Below, piece by piece: positions 27,456 to 40,700 of a stretch of 64,000 bases of DNA (the first letter of the stretch is position 1; each line of letters opens with the position of its first letter). The notes under the pieces were generated by a model. It did not search any database. It saw only the letters and a list, made by a program, of their open reading frames with translations, and was not told the origin of the DNA. A program made the position numbers and the translations under genes. The stretch spans positions 16,753,237 to 16,817,236 of the forward strand of contig NC_092672.1 of assembly GCF_964355755.1 (NCBI RefSeq). The letters run 5' to 3'. This DNA is from Antedon mediterranea (taxonomy: Eukaryota; Animalia; Echinodermata).

Positions 27456-28785
27456 ACGTTTTAGACCCTTTTGTGATTTTCGAAAAAACTTGTTAACATA
27501 AAAACATCAAAGTGCTTAGAATAGCTTCAAATCGCATCTTGAGACGTTTTAGACCATTCTGTGATTTTCGAAAAAACTTTTTAACATAAAAACATCAAAG
27601 TGCTTAAAATCACATTAGAAACCGTTTTAGACCATTTTGAGCATTTCGATAAAACTTTTCACACAAAAACATTAAAGAGCACAAAATAGCTTAATATCGT
27701 ATTTAAAAACGTTTTTGACCATTTTGAGCATTTCGACAAAAATTTTTCACACAAAACAGCAAAGTGTACAGAATAGCTTCATATCGTATTTGGAGACGTT
27801 TTAGACCTTTTTGTGATTTTCGAAAAAACTTGTTAACATAAAAACACCAAAGTGCTTAGAATAGCTTCAAATCGCATTTTGAGACGTTTTAGACCATTCT
27901 GTGATTTTCGAAAAAACTTGTTAAGATAAAAACACCAAAGTGCTTAAAATCACATTAGAAACGGTTTTAGACCATTTTGAGCATTTCGATAAAACTTTTC
28001 ACACAAAAACATCAAAGAGCACAAAATAGCTTAATATCGTATTTAAAAACGTTTTTGACCATTTTGAGCATTTCGACAAAAAAATTTCAAACAAAACAGC
28101 AAAGTGCACAGAATAACTTCACGTTTTAGACCCTTTTGTGATTTTCGAAAAAACTTGTTAACATAAAAACATCAAAGTGCTTAGAATAGCTTCAAATCGC
28201 ATCTTGAGACGTTTTAGACCATTCTGTGATTTTCGAAAAAACTTTTTAACATAAAAACATCAAAGTGCTTAAAATCACATTAGAAACCGTTTTAGACCAT
28301 TTTGAGCATTTCGATAAAACTTTTCACACAAAAACATTAAAGAGCACAAAATAGCTTAATATCGTATTTAAAAACGTTTTTGACCATTTTGAGCATTTCG
28401 ACAAAAATTTTTCACACAAAACAGCAAAGTGTACAGAATAGCTTCAAATCGTATTTGGAGACGTTTTAGACCTTTTTGTGATTTTCGAAAAAACTTGTTA
28501 ACATAAAAACACCAAAGTGCTTAGAATAGCTTCAAATCGCATTTTGAGACGTTTTAGACCATTCTGTGATTTTCGAAAAAACTTGTTAAGATAAAAACAT
28601 CAAAGTGCTTAAAATCACATTAGAAACCGTTTTAGACCATTTTGAGCATTTCGATAAAACTTTTCACACAAAAACATCAAAGAGCACAAAATAGCTTAAT
28701 ATCGTATTTAAAAACGTTTTTGACCATTTTGAGCATTTCGACAAAAAATTTTCAAACAAAACAGCAAAGTGCACAGAATAACTTC
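27456..28785 (+). repeat. Tandem duplication, period 665 bp, with an out-of-register junction at 28120/28121
   Basis: catct variant at 27535 and 28200. The junction ataacttc|acgttttagaccc lacks 15 bp of a monomer, and the two copies differ at a few bases. Confidence 0.85.
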
Positions 28786-31700
28786 AAATCGCATTTGGAG
28801 ACGTCTTAGACCATTTTGTGATTTTCGAAAAAACTTGTTAACATAAAAACACCAAAGTGCTTAGAATAGCTTCAAATCGCATTTGGAGACGTTTTAGACC
28901 ATGTTGTGATTTTCGAAAAAACTTTTTAACATAAAAACACCAAAGTGCTTAGAATGGCTTCAAATCGCATTTGGAGACATTTTAGACTGTTTTGTGATTT
29001 TCGAAAAAACTTAAGATAAAAATATCAAAGTGCTTCAAATCACATTAGAAACCGTTTTAGACCATTTTGAGCATTTCGACAAAAATTTTTCACACAAAAC
29101 AGCAAAGTGTACAGAATAGCTTCAAATCGTATTTGGAGACGTTTTAGACCTTTTTGTGATTTTCGAAAAAACTTGTTAACATAAAAACACCAAAGTGCTT
29201 AGAATAGCTTCAAATCGCATTTTGAGACGTTTTAGACCATTCTGTGATTTTCGAAAAAACTTGTTAACATAAAAACATCAAAGTGCTTCAAATCACATTA
29301 GAAACCGTTTTAGACCATTTTGAGCATTTCGACAAATAATTTTCACACAAAACAGCAAAGTGTACAGAATAGCTTCAAATCGTATTTGCAGACGTTTTAG
29401 ACCTTTTTGAGATTTTCGAAAAAACTTGTAACATAAAAACATCAAAGTGCTTCAAATCACATTAGAAACCGTTTTAGACCATTTTGAGCATTTCGACAAA
29501 AATTTTTCACACAAAACAGCAAAGTGTACAGAATAGCTTCAAATCGTATTTGGAGACGTTTTAGACCTTTTTGTGATTTTCGAAAAAACTTGTTAACATA
29601 AAAACACCAAAGTGCTTAGAATAGCTTCAAATCGCATTTTGAGACGTTTTAGACCCTTTTGTGATTTTCGAAAAAACTTGGTTACACAAAAACACCAAAG
29701 TGCTTAAAATAGCTTCAAATCGCATTTGGAGACATTTTAGACTAATTTGTGATTTTCGAAAAAACTTGTTAACATAAAAACATCAAAGTGCTTCAAATCA
29801 CATTAGAAACCGTTTTAGACCATTTTGAGCATTTCGACAAAAATTTTTCACACAAAACAGCAAAGTGTACAGAATAGCTTCAAATCGTATTTGGAGACGT
29901 TTTAGACCATTTTTTGATTTTCGAAAAAACTTGTTAACATAAAAACACCAAAGTGCTTAGAATAGCTTCAAATCGCATTTTGAGACGTTTTAGACAATTC
30001 TGTGATTTTCGAAAAAACTTGTTAACATAAAAACATCAAAGTGCTTAAAATCACATTAGAATCCGTTTTAGACCATTTTGAGCATTTCGATAAAACTTTT
30101 CAAACAAAAACATCAAAGAGCACAAAATAGCTTAATATCGTATTTAAAAACGTTTTTGACCATTTTGAGCATTTCGACAAAAAATGTTCACACAAAACAG
30201 CAAAGTGCACAGAATAACTTCAAATCGCATTTGGAGACGTTTTAGACAATTTTGTGATTTTCGAAAAAACTTGTTAACATAAAAACACCAAAGTGCTAAG
30301 AATAGCTTCAAATCGCATTTGGAGACATTTTAGACCATTTTGTGATTTTCGAAAAAACTTGTTAAGATAAAAACATCAAAGTGTACACAATAGCTTCAAA
30401 TCGCATTTGGAGTCGTTTTAGACCATTTTGTGATTTTCGAAAAAACTTGTTAACATAAAAACACCAAAGTGCTTAGAATAGCTTCAAATCGCATTTTGAG
30501 ACATTTTAGACCCTTTTGTGATTTTCGAAACAACTTGGTTACACAAAAACACCAAAGTGCTTAAAATAGCTTCAAATCGCATTTGGAGAAGTTTTAAACC
30601 ATTTTGTGATTTTCGAAAAAACTTGTTAACATAAAAACATCAAAGTGTACAGAATAACTTCAAATCGCATTTGGAGACGTTTTAGACCATTTTGTGATTT
30701 TTGAAAAAACTTGTTAACATAAAAACACCAAAGTGCTTAGAATAGCTTCAAATCGCATTTTTGGACATTTTACACCCTTTTGTGATTTTCGAAAAAACTT
30801 GTTAAAATAAAAACATCAAAGTGTACAGAATAGCTTCAAATCGCATTTGGAGACGTTTTAGACCATTTTGTGATTTTGAAAAAAACTTAACATAAAAACA
30901 CCAAAGAGCTTAGAATAGCTTCAAATCGCATTTTGAGACATTTTAGACCATTTTGTGATTTTCGAAAAAACTTGTTAAAATAAAAACATCAAAATGTACA
31001 GAATAGCTTCAAATCGCATTTGGAGACGTTTTAGACCATTTTGTGATTTTGAAAAAAACTTGTTAACATAAAAACACCAAAGAGCTTAGAATAGCTTCAA
31101 ATCGCATTTTGAGACATTTTAGACCATTTTGTGTTTTTCGAAAAAACTTGTTAACATAAAAACATCAAAGTGTACAGAATAGCTTCAAATCGCATTTGGA
31201 GACGTTTTAGACCATTTTGTGATTTTCGAAAAAACTTGTTAACATAAAAACATCAAAGTGCTTAGAATAGCTTCAAATCGCATTTGGAGACGTTTTAGAC
31301 CATTTTGTGATTTTCGAAAAAACTTGTTAACATAAAAACACCAAAGTGCTTAGAATAGCTTCAAATCGCATTTTGAGACATTTTAGACCCTTTTGTGATT
31401 TTCGAAAAAACTTGGTTACACAAAAACACCAAAGTGCTTAAAATAGCTTCAAATCGCATTTAGAGACATTTTAGAATATTTTGTGATTTTCGAAAAAAAC
31501 TTGGTTACACAAAAACACCAAAGTGCTTAAAATCACATTAGAAACCGTTTTAGACCATTTTGAGCATTTCGATAAAACTTTTCACACAAAAACATCAAAG
31601 AGCACAAAATAGCTTAATATCGTATTTAAAAACGTTTTTGACCATTTTGAGCATTTCGACAAAAAAATTTCACACAAAACAGCAAAGTGCACAGAATAAC

Positions 31701-34700
31701 TTCAAATCGCATTTGGAGACGTTTTAGACCATTTTGTGATTTTCGAAAAAACTTGTTAACATAAAAACACCAAAGTGCTTAGAATAGCTTCAAATCGCAT
31801 TTTGAGACATTTTAGACCCTTTTGTGATTTTTGAAAAAACTTGTTAACATAAAAACATCAAAGTGCTTCAAATCACATTAGAAACCGTTTTAGACCATTT
31901 TGAGAATTTTGATAAAACTTTTCACACAAAAACATCAAAGAGCACAAAATAGCTTAATATCGTATTTAAAAACGTTTTTGACCATTTTGAGCATTTAGAC
32001 AAAACATTTTCAAACAAAACAGCAAAGTGCACAGAATAACTTCAAATCGCATTTGGAGACGTTTTAGACCATTCTGTGATTTAAAAAAAAACTTGTTAAC
32101 ATAAAAACATCAAAGTGCTTAAAATCACATTAGAAACCGTTTTAGACCATTTTGAGCATTTCGATAAAACTTTTCACACAAAAACATTAAAGAGCACAAA
32201 ATAGCTTAATATCGTATTTAAAAACGTTTTAAAGCGTTTTTTTGAGCATTTCGACAAAAATTTTTCACACAAAACAGCAAAGTGTACAGAATAGCTTCAA
32301 ATCGTATTTGGAGACGTTTTAGACCTTTTTGTGATTTTCGAAAAAACTTGTTAACATAAAAACACCAAAGTGCTTAGAATAGCTTCAAATCGCATTTTGA
32401 GACGTTTTAGACCCTTTTGTGATTTTCGAAAAAACTTGGTTACACAAAAACACCAAAGTGCTTAAAATAGCTTCAAATCGCATTTGGAGACATTTTAGAC
32501 TATTTTGTGATTTTCGAAAAAACTTGTTAACATAAAAACATCAAAGTGGACAGAATAACTTCAAATCCCATTTGGAGACGTTTTAGACCATTTTGTGATT
32601 TTTGAAAAAACTTGTTAACATAAAAACACCAAAGTGCTTAGAATAGCTTCAAATCGCATTTTGAGACATTTTACACCCTTTTGTGATTTTCGAAAAAACT
32701 TGTTAAAATAAAAACATCAAAGTGTACAGAATAGCTTCAAATCGCATTTGGAGACGTTTTAGACCATTTTGTGATTTTGAAAAAAACTTAACATAAAAAC
32801 ACCAAAGAGCTTAGAATAGCTTCAAATCGCATTTTGAGACATTTTAGACCATTTTGTGATTTTCGAAAAAACTTGTTAAAATAAAAACATCAAAATGTAC
32901 AGAATAGCTTCAAATCGCATTTGGAGACGTTTTAGACCATTTTGTGATTTTGAAAAAAACTTGTTAACATAAAAACACCAAAGAGCTTAGAATAGCTTCA
33001 AATCGCATTTTGAGACATTTTAGACCATTTTGTGTTTTTCGAAAAAACTTGTTAACATAAAAACATCAAAGTGTACAGAATAGCTTCAAATCGCATTTGG
33101 AGACGTTTTAGACCATTTTGTGATTTTCGAAAAAACTTGTTAACATAAAAACATCAAAGTGCTTAGAATAGCTTCAAATCGCATTTGGAGACGTTTTAGA
33201 CCATTTTGTGATTTTCGAAAAAACTTGGTTACACAAAAACACCAAAGTGCTTAAAATAGCTTCAAATCGCATTTGGAGACATTTTAGAATATTTTGTGAT
33301 TTTCGAAAAAACTTGGTTACACAAAAACACCAAAGTGCTTAAAATCACATTAGAAACCGTTTTAGACCATTTTGAGCATTTCGATAAAACTTTTCACACA
33401 AAAACATCAAAGAGCACAAAATAGCTTAATATCGTATTTAAAAACGTTTTTGACCATTTTGAGCATTTCGACAAAAAAATTTCACACAAAACAGCAAAGT
33501 GCACAGAATAACTTCAAATCGCATTTGGAGACGTTTTAGACCATTTTGTGATTTTCGAAAAAACTTGTTAACATAAAAACACCAAAGTGCTTAGAATAGC
33601 TTCAAATCGCATTTTGAGACATTTTAGACCCTTTTGTGATTTTTGAAAAAACTTGTTAACATAAAAACATCAAAGTGCTTCAAATCACATTAGAAACCGT
33701 TTTAGACCATTTTGAGCATTTCGATAAAACTTTTCACACAAAAACATCAAAGAGCACAAAATAGCTTAATATCGTATTTAAAAACGTTTTTGACCATTTT
33801 GAGCATTTAGACAAAAAATTTTCAAACAAAACAGCAAAGTGCACAGAATAACTTCAAATCGCATTTGGAGACGTTTTAGACCATTCTGTGATTTTCGAAA
33901 AAACTTGTTAACATAAAAACATCAAAGTGCTTAAAATCACATTAGAAACCGTTTTAGACCATTTTGAGCATTTCGATAAAACTTTTCACACAAAAACATT
34001 AAAGAGCACAAAATAGCTTAATATCGTATTTAAAAACGTTTTTGACCATTTTGAGCATTTCGACAAAAATTTTTCACACAAAACAGCAAAGTGTACAGAA
34101 TAGCTTCAAATCGTATTTGGAGACGTTTTAGACCTTTTTGTGATTTCCGAAAAAACTTGTTAACATAAAAACACCAAAGTGCTTAGAATAGCTTCAAATC
34201 GCATTTTGAGACATTTTAGACCCTTTTGTGATTTTCGAAAAAACTTGGTTACACAAAAACACCAAAGTGCTTAAAATAGCTTCAAATTGCATTTGGAGAC
34301 GTTTTAGACCATTTTGTGATTTTCGAAAAAACTTGTTACCAAAAAAACACCAAAGAGCTTAGAATAGCTTCAAATCGCATTTTGAGACATTTTAGACCAT
34401 TTTGTGATTTTCGAAAAAACTTGTTAACATAAAAACACCAAAGTGCTTAGAATAGCTTCAAATCGCATTTTGAGACATTTTAGACCCTTTTGTGATTTTC
34501 GAAAAAACTTGTTAACATAAAAATTCCAAAGTGCTAAGAATAGCTTCAAATCGCATTTGGAGACATTTTAGACCACTTTGTGATTTTCGAAAAAACTTGT
34601 TAACATAAAAACATCAAAGTGCTTAAAATCACATTAGAAACCGTTTTAGACCATTTTGAGCATTTCGATAAAACTTTTCACACAAAAACATCAAAGAGCA

Positions 34701-37700
34701 CAAAATAGCTTAATATCGTATTTAAAAACGTTTTTGACCATTTTGAGCATTTCGACAAAAAAATTTCACACAAAACAGAAAAGTAGCTTCAAATCGTATT
34801 TGGAGACGTTTTAGACCTTTTTGTGATTTTCGAAAAAACTTGTTAACATAAAAACACCAAAGTGCTAAGAATAGCTTCAAATCGCATTTTAGACCATTTT
34901 GTGTTTTTCGAAAAAACTTGTTAACATAAAAACACCAAAGTGCTTAAAATCACATTAGAAACCGTTTTAGACCATTTTGAGCATTTCGATAAAACTTTTC
35001 ACACAAAAACATCAAAGAGCACAAAATAGCTTAATATCGTAAAAACATCAAAGTGCTTAAAATCACATTAGAAACCGTTTTAGACCATTTTGAGCATTTC
35101 GATAAAACTTTTCACACAAAAACATCAAAGAGCACAAAATAGCTTAATATCGTATTTAAAAACGTTTTTGACCATTTTGAGCATTTCGAAAAAAAAATTT
35201 TCACACAAAACAGCAAAGTGCACAGAATAACTTCAAATCGCATTTGGAGACGTTTTAGACCTTTTTGTGATTTTCGAAAAAACTTGTTAACATAAAAACA
35301 CCAAAGTGCTAAGAATAGCTTCAAATCGCATTTGGAGACATTTTAGACCACTTTGTGATTTTCGAAAAAACTTGTTAACATAAAAACATCAAAGTGCTTA
35401 AAATCACATTAGAAACCGTTTTAGACCATTTTGAGCATTTCGACAAAAAATTTTCACACAAAACAGCAAAGTGTACAGAATAGCTTCAAATCGTATTTGG
35501 AGACGTTTTAGACCTTTTTGTGATTTTCAAAAAAACTTGTTAACATAAAAACACCAAAGTGCTTAGAATAGCTTCAAATCGCATTTGGAGACGTTTTAGA
35601 CCATTTTTTGATTTTCAAAAAAACTTGTTACCATAAAAACACCAAAGTGCTTAGAATAGCTTCAAATCGCATTTTGAGACGTTTTAGACCATTCTGTGAT
35701 TTTCGAAAAAACTTGTTAACATAAAAACATCAAAGTGCTTCAAATCACATTAGAAACCGTTTTAGACCATTTTGAGCATTTCGATAAAACTTTTCACACA
35801 AAAACATCAAAGAGCACAAAATAGCTTAATATCGTATTTAAAAACGTTTTTGACCATTTTGAGCATTTAGACAAAAAATTTTCAAACAAAACAGCAAAGT
35901 GCACAGAATAACTTCAAATCGCATTTGGAGACGTTTTAGACCATTCTGTGATTTTCGAAAAAACTTGTTAACATAAAAACATCAAAGTGCTTAAAATCAC
36001 ATTAGAAACCGTTTTAGACCATTTTGAGCATTTCGATAAAACTTTTTACACAAAAACATTAAAGAGCACAAAATAGCTTAATATCGTATTTAAAAACGTT
36101 TTTGACCATTTTGAGCATTTCGACAAAAATTTTTCACACAAAACAGCAAAGTGTACAGAATAGCTTCAAATCGTATTTGGAGACGTTTTAGACCTTTTTG
36201 TGATTTCCGAAAAAACTTGTTAACATAAAAACACCAAAGTGCTTAGAATAGCTTCAAATCGCATTTGGAGACGTTTTAGACCATTTTGTGATTTTCGAAA
36301 AAACTTGTTAACATAAAAACACCAAAGTGCTTAGAATAGCTTCAAATCGCATTTTGAGACATTTTAGACCCTTTTGTGATTTTCGAAAAAACTTGGTTAC
36401 ACAAAAACACCAAAGTGCTTAAAATAGCTTCAAATTGCATTTGGAGACGTTTTAGACCATTTTGTGATTTTCGAAAAAACTTGTTACCATAAAAACACCA
36501 AAGTGCTTAGATTAGCTTCAAATCGCATTTTGAGACATTTTAGACCCTTTTGTGATTTTCGAAAAAACTTGTTAACATAAAAACACCAAAGAGCTTAGAA
36601 TAGCTTCAAATCGCATTTTGAGACATTTTAGACCATTTTGTGATTTTCGAAAAAACTTGTTAACATAAAAACACCAAAGTGCTTAAAATAGCTTCAAATC
36701 GCATTTGGAGAAGTTTTAAACCATTTTGTGATTTTCGAAAAAACTTGTTAACATAAAAACATCAAAGTGTACAGAATAACTTCAAATCGCATTTGGAGAC
36801 GTTTTAGACCATTTTGTGATTTTTGAAAAAACTTATTAACATAAAAACACCAAAGTGCTTAGAATAGCTTCAAATCGCATTTTTAGACATTTTACACCCT
36901 TTTGTGATTTTCGAAAAAACTTGTTAAAATAAAAACATCAAAGTGTACAGAATAGCTTCAAATCGCATTTGGAGACGTTTTAGACCATTTTGTGATTTTG
37001 AAAAAAACTTAACATAAAAACACCAAAGAGCTTAGAATAGCTTCAAATCGCATTTTGAGACATTTTAGACCATTTTGTGATTTTCGAAAAAACTTGTTAA
37101 AATAAAAACATCAAAATGTACAGAATAGCTTCAAATCGCATTTGGAGACGTTTTAGACCATTTTGTGATTTTGAAAAAAACTTGTTAACATAAAAACACC
37201 AAAGAGCTTAGAATAGCTTCAAATCGCATTTTGAGACATTTTAGACCATTTTGTGTTTTTCGAAAAAACTTGTTAACATAAAAACATCAAAGTGTACAGA
37301 ATAGCTTCAAATCGCATTTGGAGACGTTTTAGACCATTTTGTGATTTTCGAAAAAACTTGTTAACATAAAAACATCAAAGTGCTTAGAATAGCTTCAAAT
37401 CGCATTTGGAGACGTTTTAGACCATTTTGTGATTTTCGAAAAAACTTGTTAACATAAAAACACCAAAGTGCTTAGAATAGCTTCAAATCGCATTTTGAGA
37501 CATTTTAGACCCTTTTGTGATTTTCGAAAAAACTTGGTTACACAAAAACACCAAAGTGCTTAAAATAGCTTCAAATCGCATTTGGAAACATTTTAGAATA
37601 TTTTGTGATTTTCGATAAAACTTGGTTACACAAAAACACCAAAGTGCTTAAAATCACATTAGAAACCGTTTTAGACCATTTTGAGCATTTCGATAAAACT

Positions 37701-40700
37701 TTTCACACAAAAACATCAAAGAGCACAAAATAGCTTAATATCGTATTTAAAAACGTTTTTGACCATTTTGAGCATTTCGACAAAAAAATTTCACACAAAA
37801 CAGCAAAGTGCACAGAATAACTTCAAATCGCATTTGGAGACGTTTTAGACCATTTTGTGATTTTCGAAAAAACTTGTTAACATAAAAACACCAAAGTGCT
37901 TAGAATAGCTTCAAATCGCATTTTGAGACATTTTAGACCCTTTTGTGATTTTTGAAAAAACTTGTTAACATAAAAACATCAAAGTGCTTCAAATCACATT
38001 AGAAACCGTTTTAGACCATTTTGAGCATTTCGATAAAACTTTTCACACAAAAACATCAAAGAGCACAAAATAGCTTAATATCGTATTTAAAAACGTTTTT
38101 GACCATTTAGAGCATTTAGACAAAAAATTTTCAAACAAAACAGCAAAGTGCACAGAATAACTTCAAATCGCATTTGGAGACGTTTTAGACCATTCTGTGA
38201 TTTTCGAAAAAACTTGTTAACATAAAAACATCAAAGTGCTTAAAATCACATTAGAAACCGTTTTAGACCATTTTGAGCATTTCGATAAAACTTTTCACAC
38301 AAAAACATTAAAGAGCACAAAATAGCTTAATATCGTATTTAAAAACGTTTTTGACCATTTTGAGCATTTCGACAAAAATTTTTCACACAAAACAGCAAAG
38401 TGTACAGAATAGCTTCAAATCGTATTTGGAGACGTTTTAGACCTTTTTGTGATTTCCGAAAAAACTTGTTAACATAAAAACACCAAAATGCTTAGAATAG
38501 CTTCAAATCGCATTTGGAGACGTTTTAGACCATTTTGTGATTTTCGAAAAAACTTGTTAACATAAAAACACCAAAGTGCTTAGAATAGCTTCAAATCGCA
38601 TTTTGAGACATTTTAGACCCTTTTGTGATTTTCGAAAAAACTTGGTTACACAAAAACACCAAAGTGCTTAAAATAGCTTCAAATTGCATTTGGAGACGTT
38701 TTAGACCATTTTGTGATTTTCGAAAAAACTTGTTACCATAAAAACACCAAAATGCTTAGATTAGCTTCAAATCGCATTTTGAGACATTTTAGACCCTTTT
38801 GTGATTTTTGAAAAAACTTGTTAACATAAAAACACCAAAGAGCTTAGAATAGCTTCATATCGCCTTTTGAGACATTTTAGACCATTTTGTGATTTTCGAA
38901 AAAACTTGTTAACATAAAAACACCAAAGTGCTTAGAATAGCTTCAAATCGCATTTTGAGACATTTTAGACCCTTTTGTGATTTTCGAAAAAACTTGTTAA
39001 CATAAAAATTCCAAAGTGCTAAGAATAGCTTCAAATCGCATTTGGAGACATTTTAGACCACTTTGTGATTTTCGAAAAAACTTGTTAACATAAAAACATC
39101 AAAGTGCTTAAAATCACATTAGAAACCGTTTTAGACCATTTTGAGCATTTCGATAAAACTTTTCACACAAAAACATCAAAGAGCACAAAATAGCTTAATA
39201 TCGTATTTAAAAACGTTTTTGACCATTTTGAGCATTTCGACAAAAAAATTTCACACAAAACAGAAAAGTAGCTTCAAATCGTATTTGGAGACGTTTTAGA
39301 CCTTTTTGTGATTTTCGAAAAAACTTGTTAACATAAAAACACCAAAGTGCTAAGAATAGCTTCAAATCGCATTTTAGACCATTCTGTGATTTTCGAAAAA
39401 ACTTGTTAACATAAAAACATCAAAGTGCTTAAAATCACATTAGAAACCGTTTTAGACCATTTTGAGCATTTCGATAAAACTTTTCACACAAAAACATTAA
39501 AAAGCACAAAATAGCTTAATATCGTATTTAAAAACGTTTTTGACCATTTTGAGCATTTCGACAAAAATTTTTCACACAAAACAGCAAAGTGTACAGAATA
39601 GCTTCAAATCGTATTTGGAGACGTTTTAGACCTTTTTGTGATTTTCGAAAAAACTTGTTAACATAAAAACACCAAAGTGCTTAGAATAGCTTCAAATCGC
39701 ATTTGGAGACGTTTTAGACCATTTTTTGATTTTCGAAAAAACTTGTTACCATAAAAACACCAAAGTGCTTAGAATAGCTTCAAATCGCATTTTGAGACGT
39801 TTTAGACCGTTCTGTGATTTTCGAAAAAACTTGTTAACATAAAAACATCAAAGTGCTTAAAATCACATTAGAAACCGTTTTAGACCATTTTGAGCATTTC
39901 GATAAAACTTTTCACACAAAAACATCAAAGAGCACAAAATAGCTTAATATCGTATTTAAAAACGTTTTTGACCATTTTGAGCATTTCGACAAAAAACTTG
40001 TTTCAAACAAAACAGCAAAGTGCACAGAATAACTTCAAATCGCATTTGGAGACGTTTTAGACCATTTTGTGATTTTCGAAAAAACTAGTTAACATAAAAA
40101 CACCAAAGTGCTTAGAATAGCTTCAAATCGCATTTGGAGACGTTTTAGACCATTTTTTTGATTTTCGAAAAAACTTGTTAACATAAAAACACCAAAGTGC
40201 TTAGAATAGCTTCAAATCGCATTTTGAGACGTTTTAGACCATTCTGTGATTTTCGAAAAAACTTGTTAACATAAAAACATCAAAGTGCTTAAAATCACAT
40301 TAGAATCCGTTTTAGACCATTTTGAGCATTTCGATAAAAATTTTCAAACAAAAACATCAAAGAGCACAAAATAGCTTAATATCGTATTTAAAAACGTTTT
40401 TGACCATTTTGAGCATTTCGACAAAAAATTTTCACACAAAAACATCAAAGAGCACAAAATAGCTTAATATCGTAAAAACATCAAAGTGCTTAAAATCACA
40501 TTAGAAACCGTTTTAGACCATTTTGAGCATTTCGATAAAACTTTTCACACAAAAACATCAAAGAGCACAAAATAGCTTAATATCGTATTTAAAAACGTTT
40601 TTGACCATTTTGAGCATTTCGACAAAAAATTTTCACACAAAACAGCAAAGTGCACAGAATAACTTCAAATCGCATTTGGAGACGTTTTAGACAATTTTGT

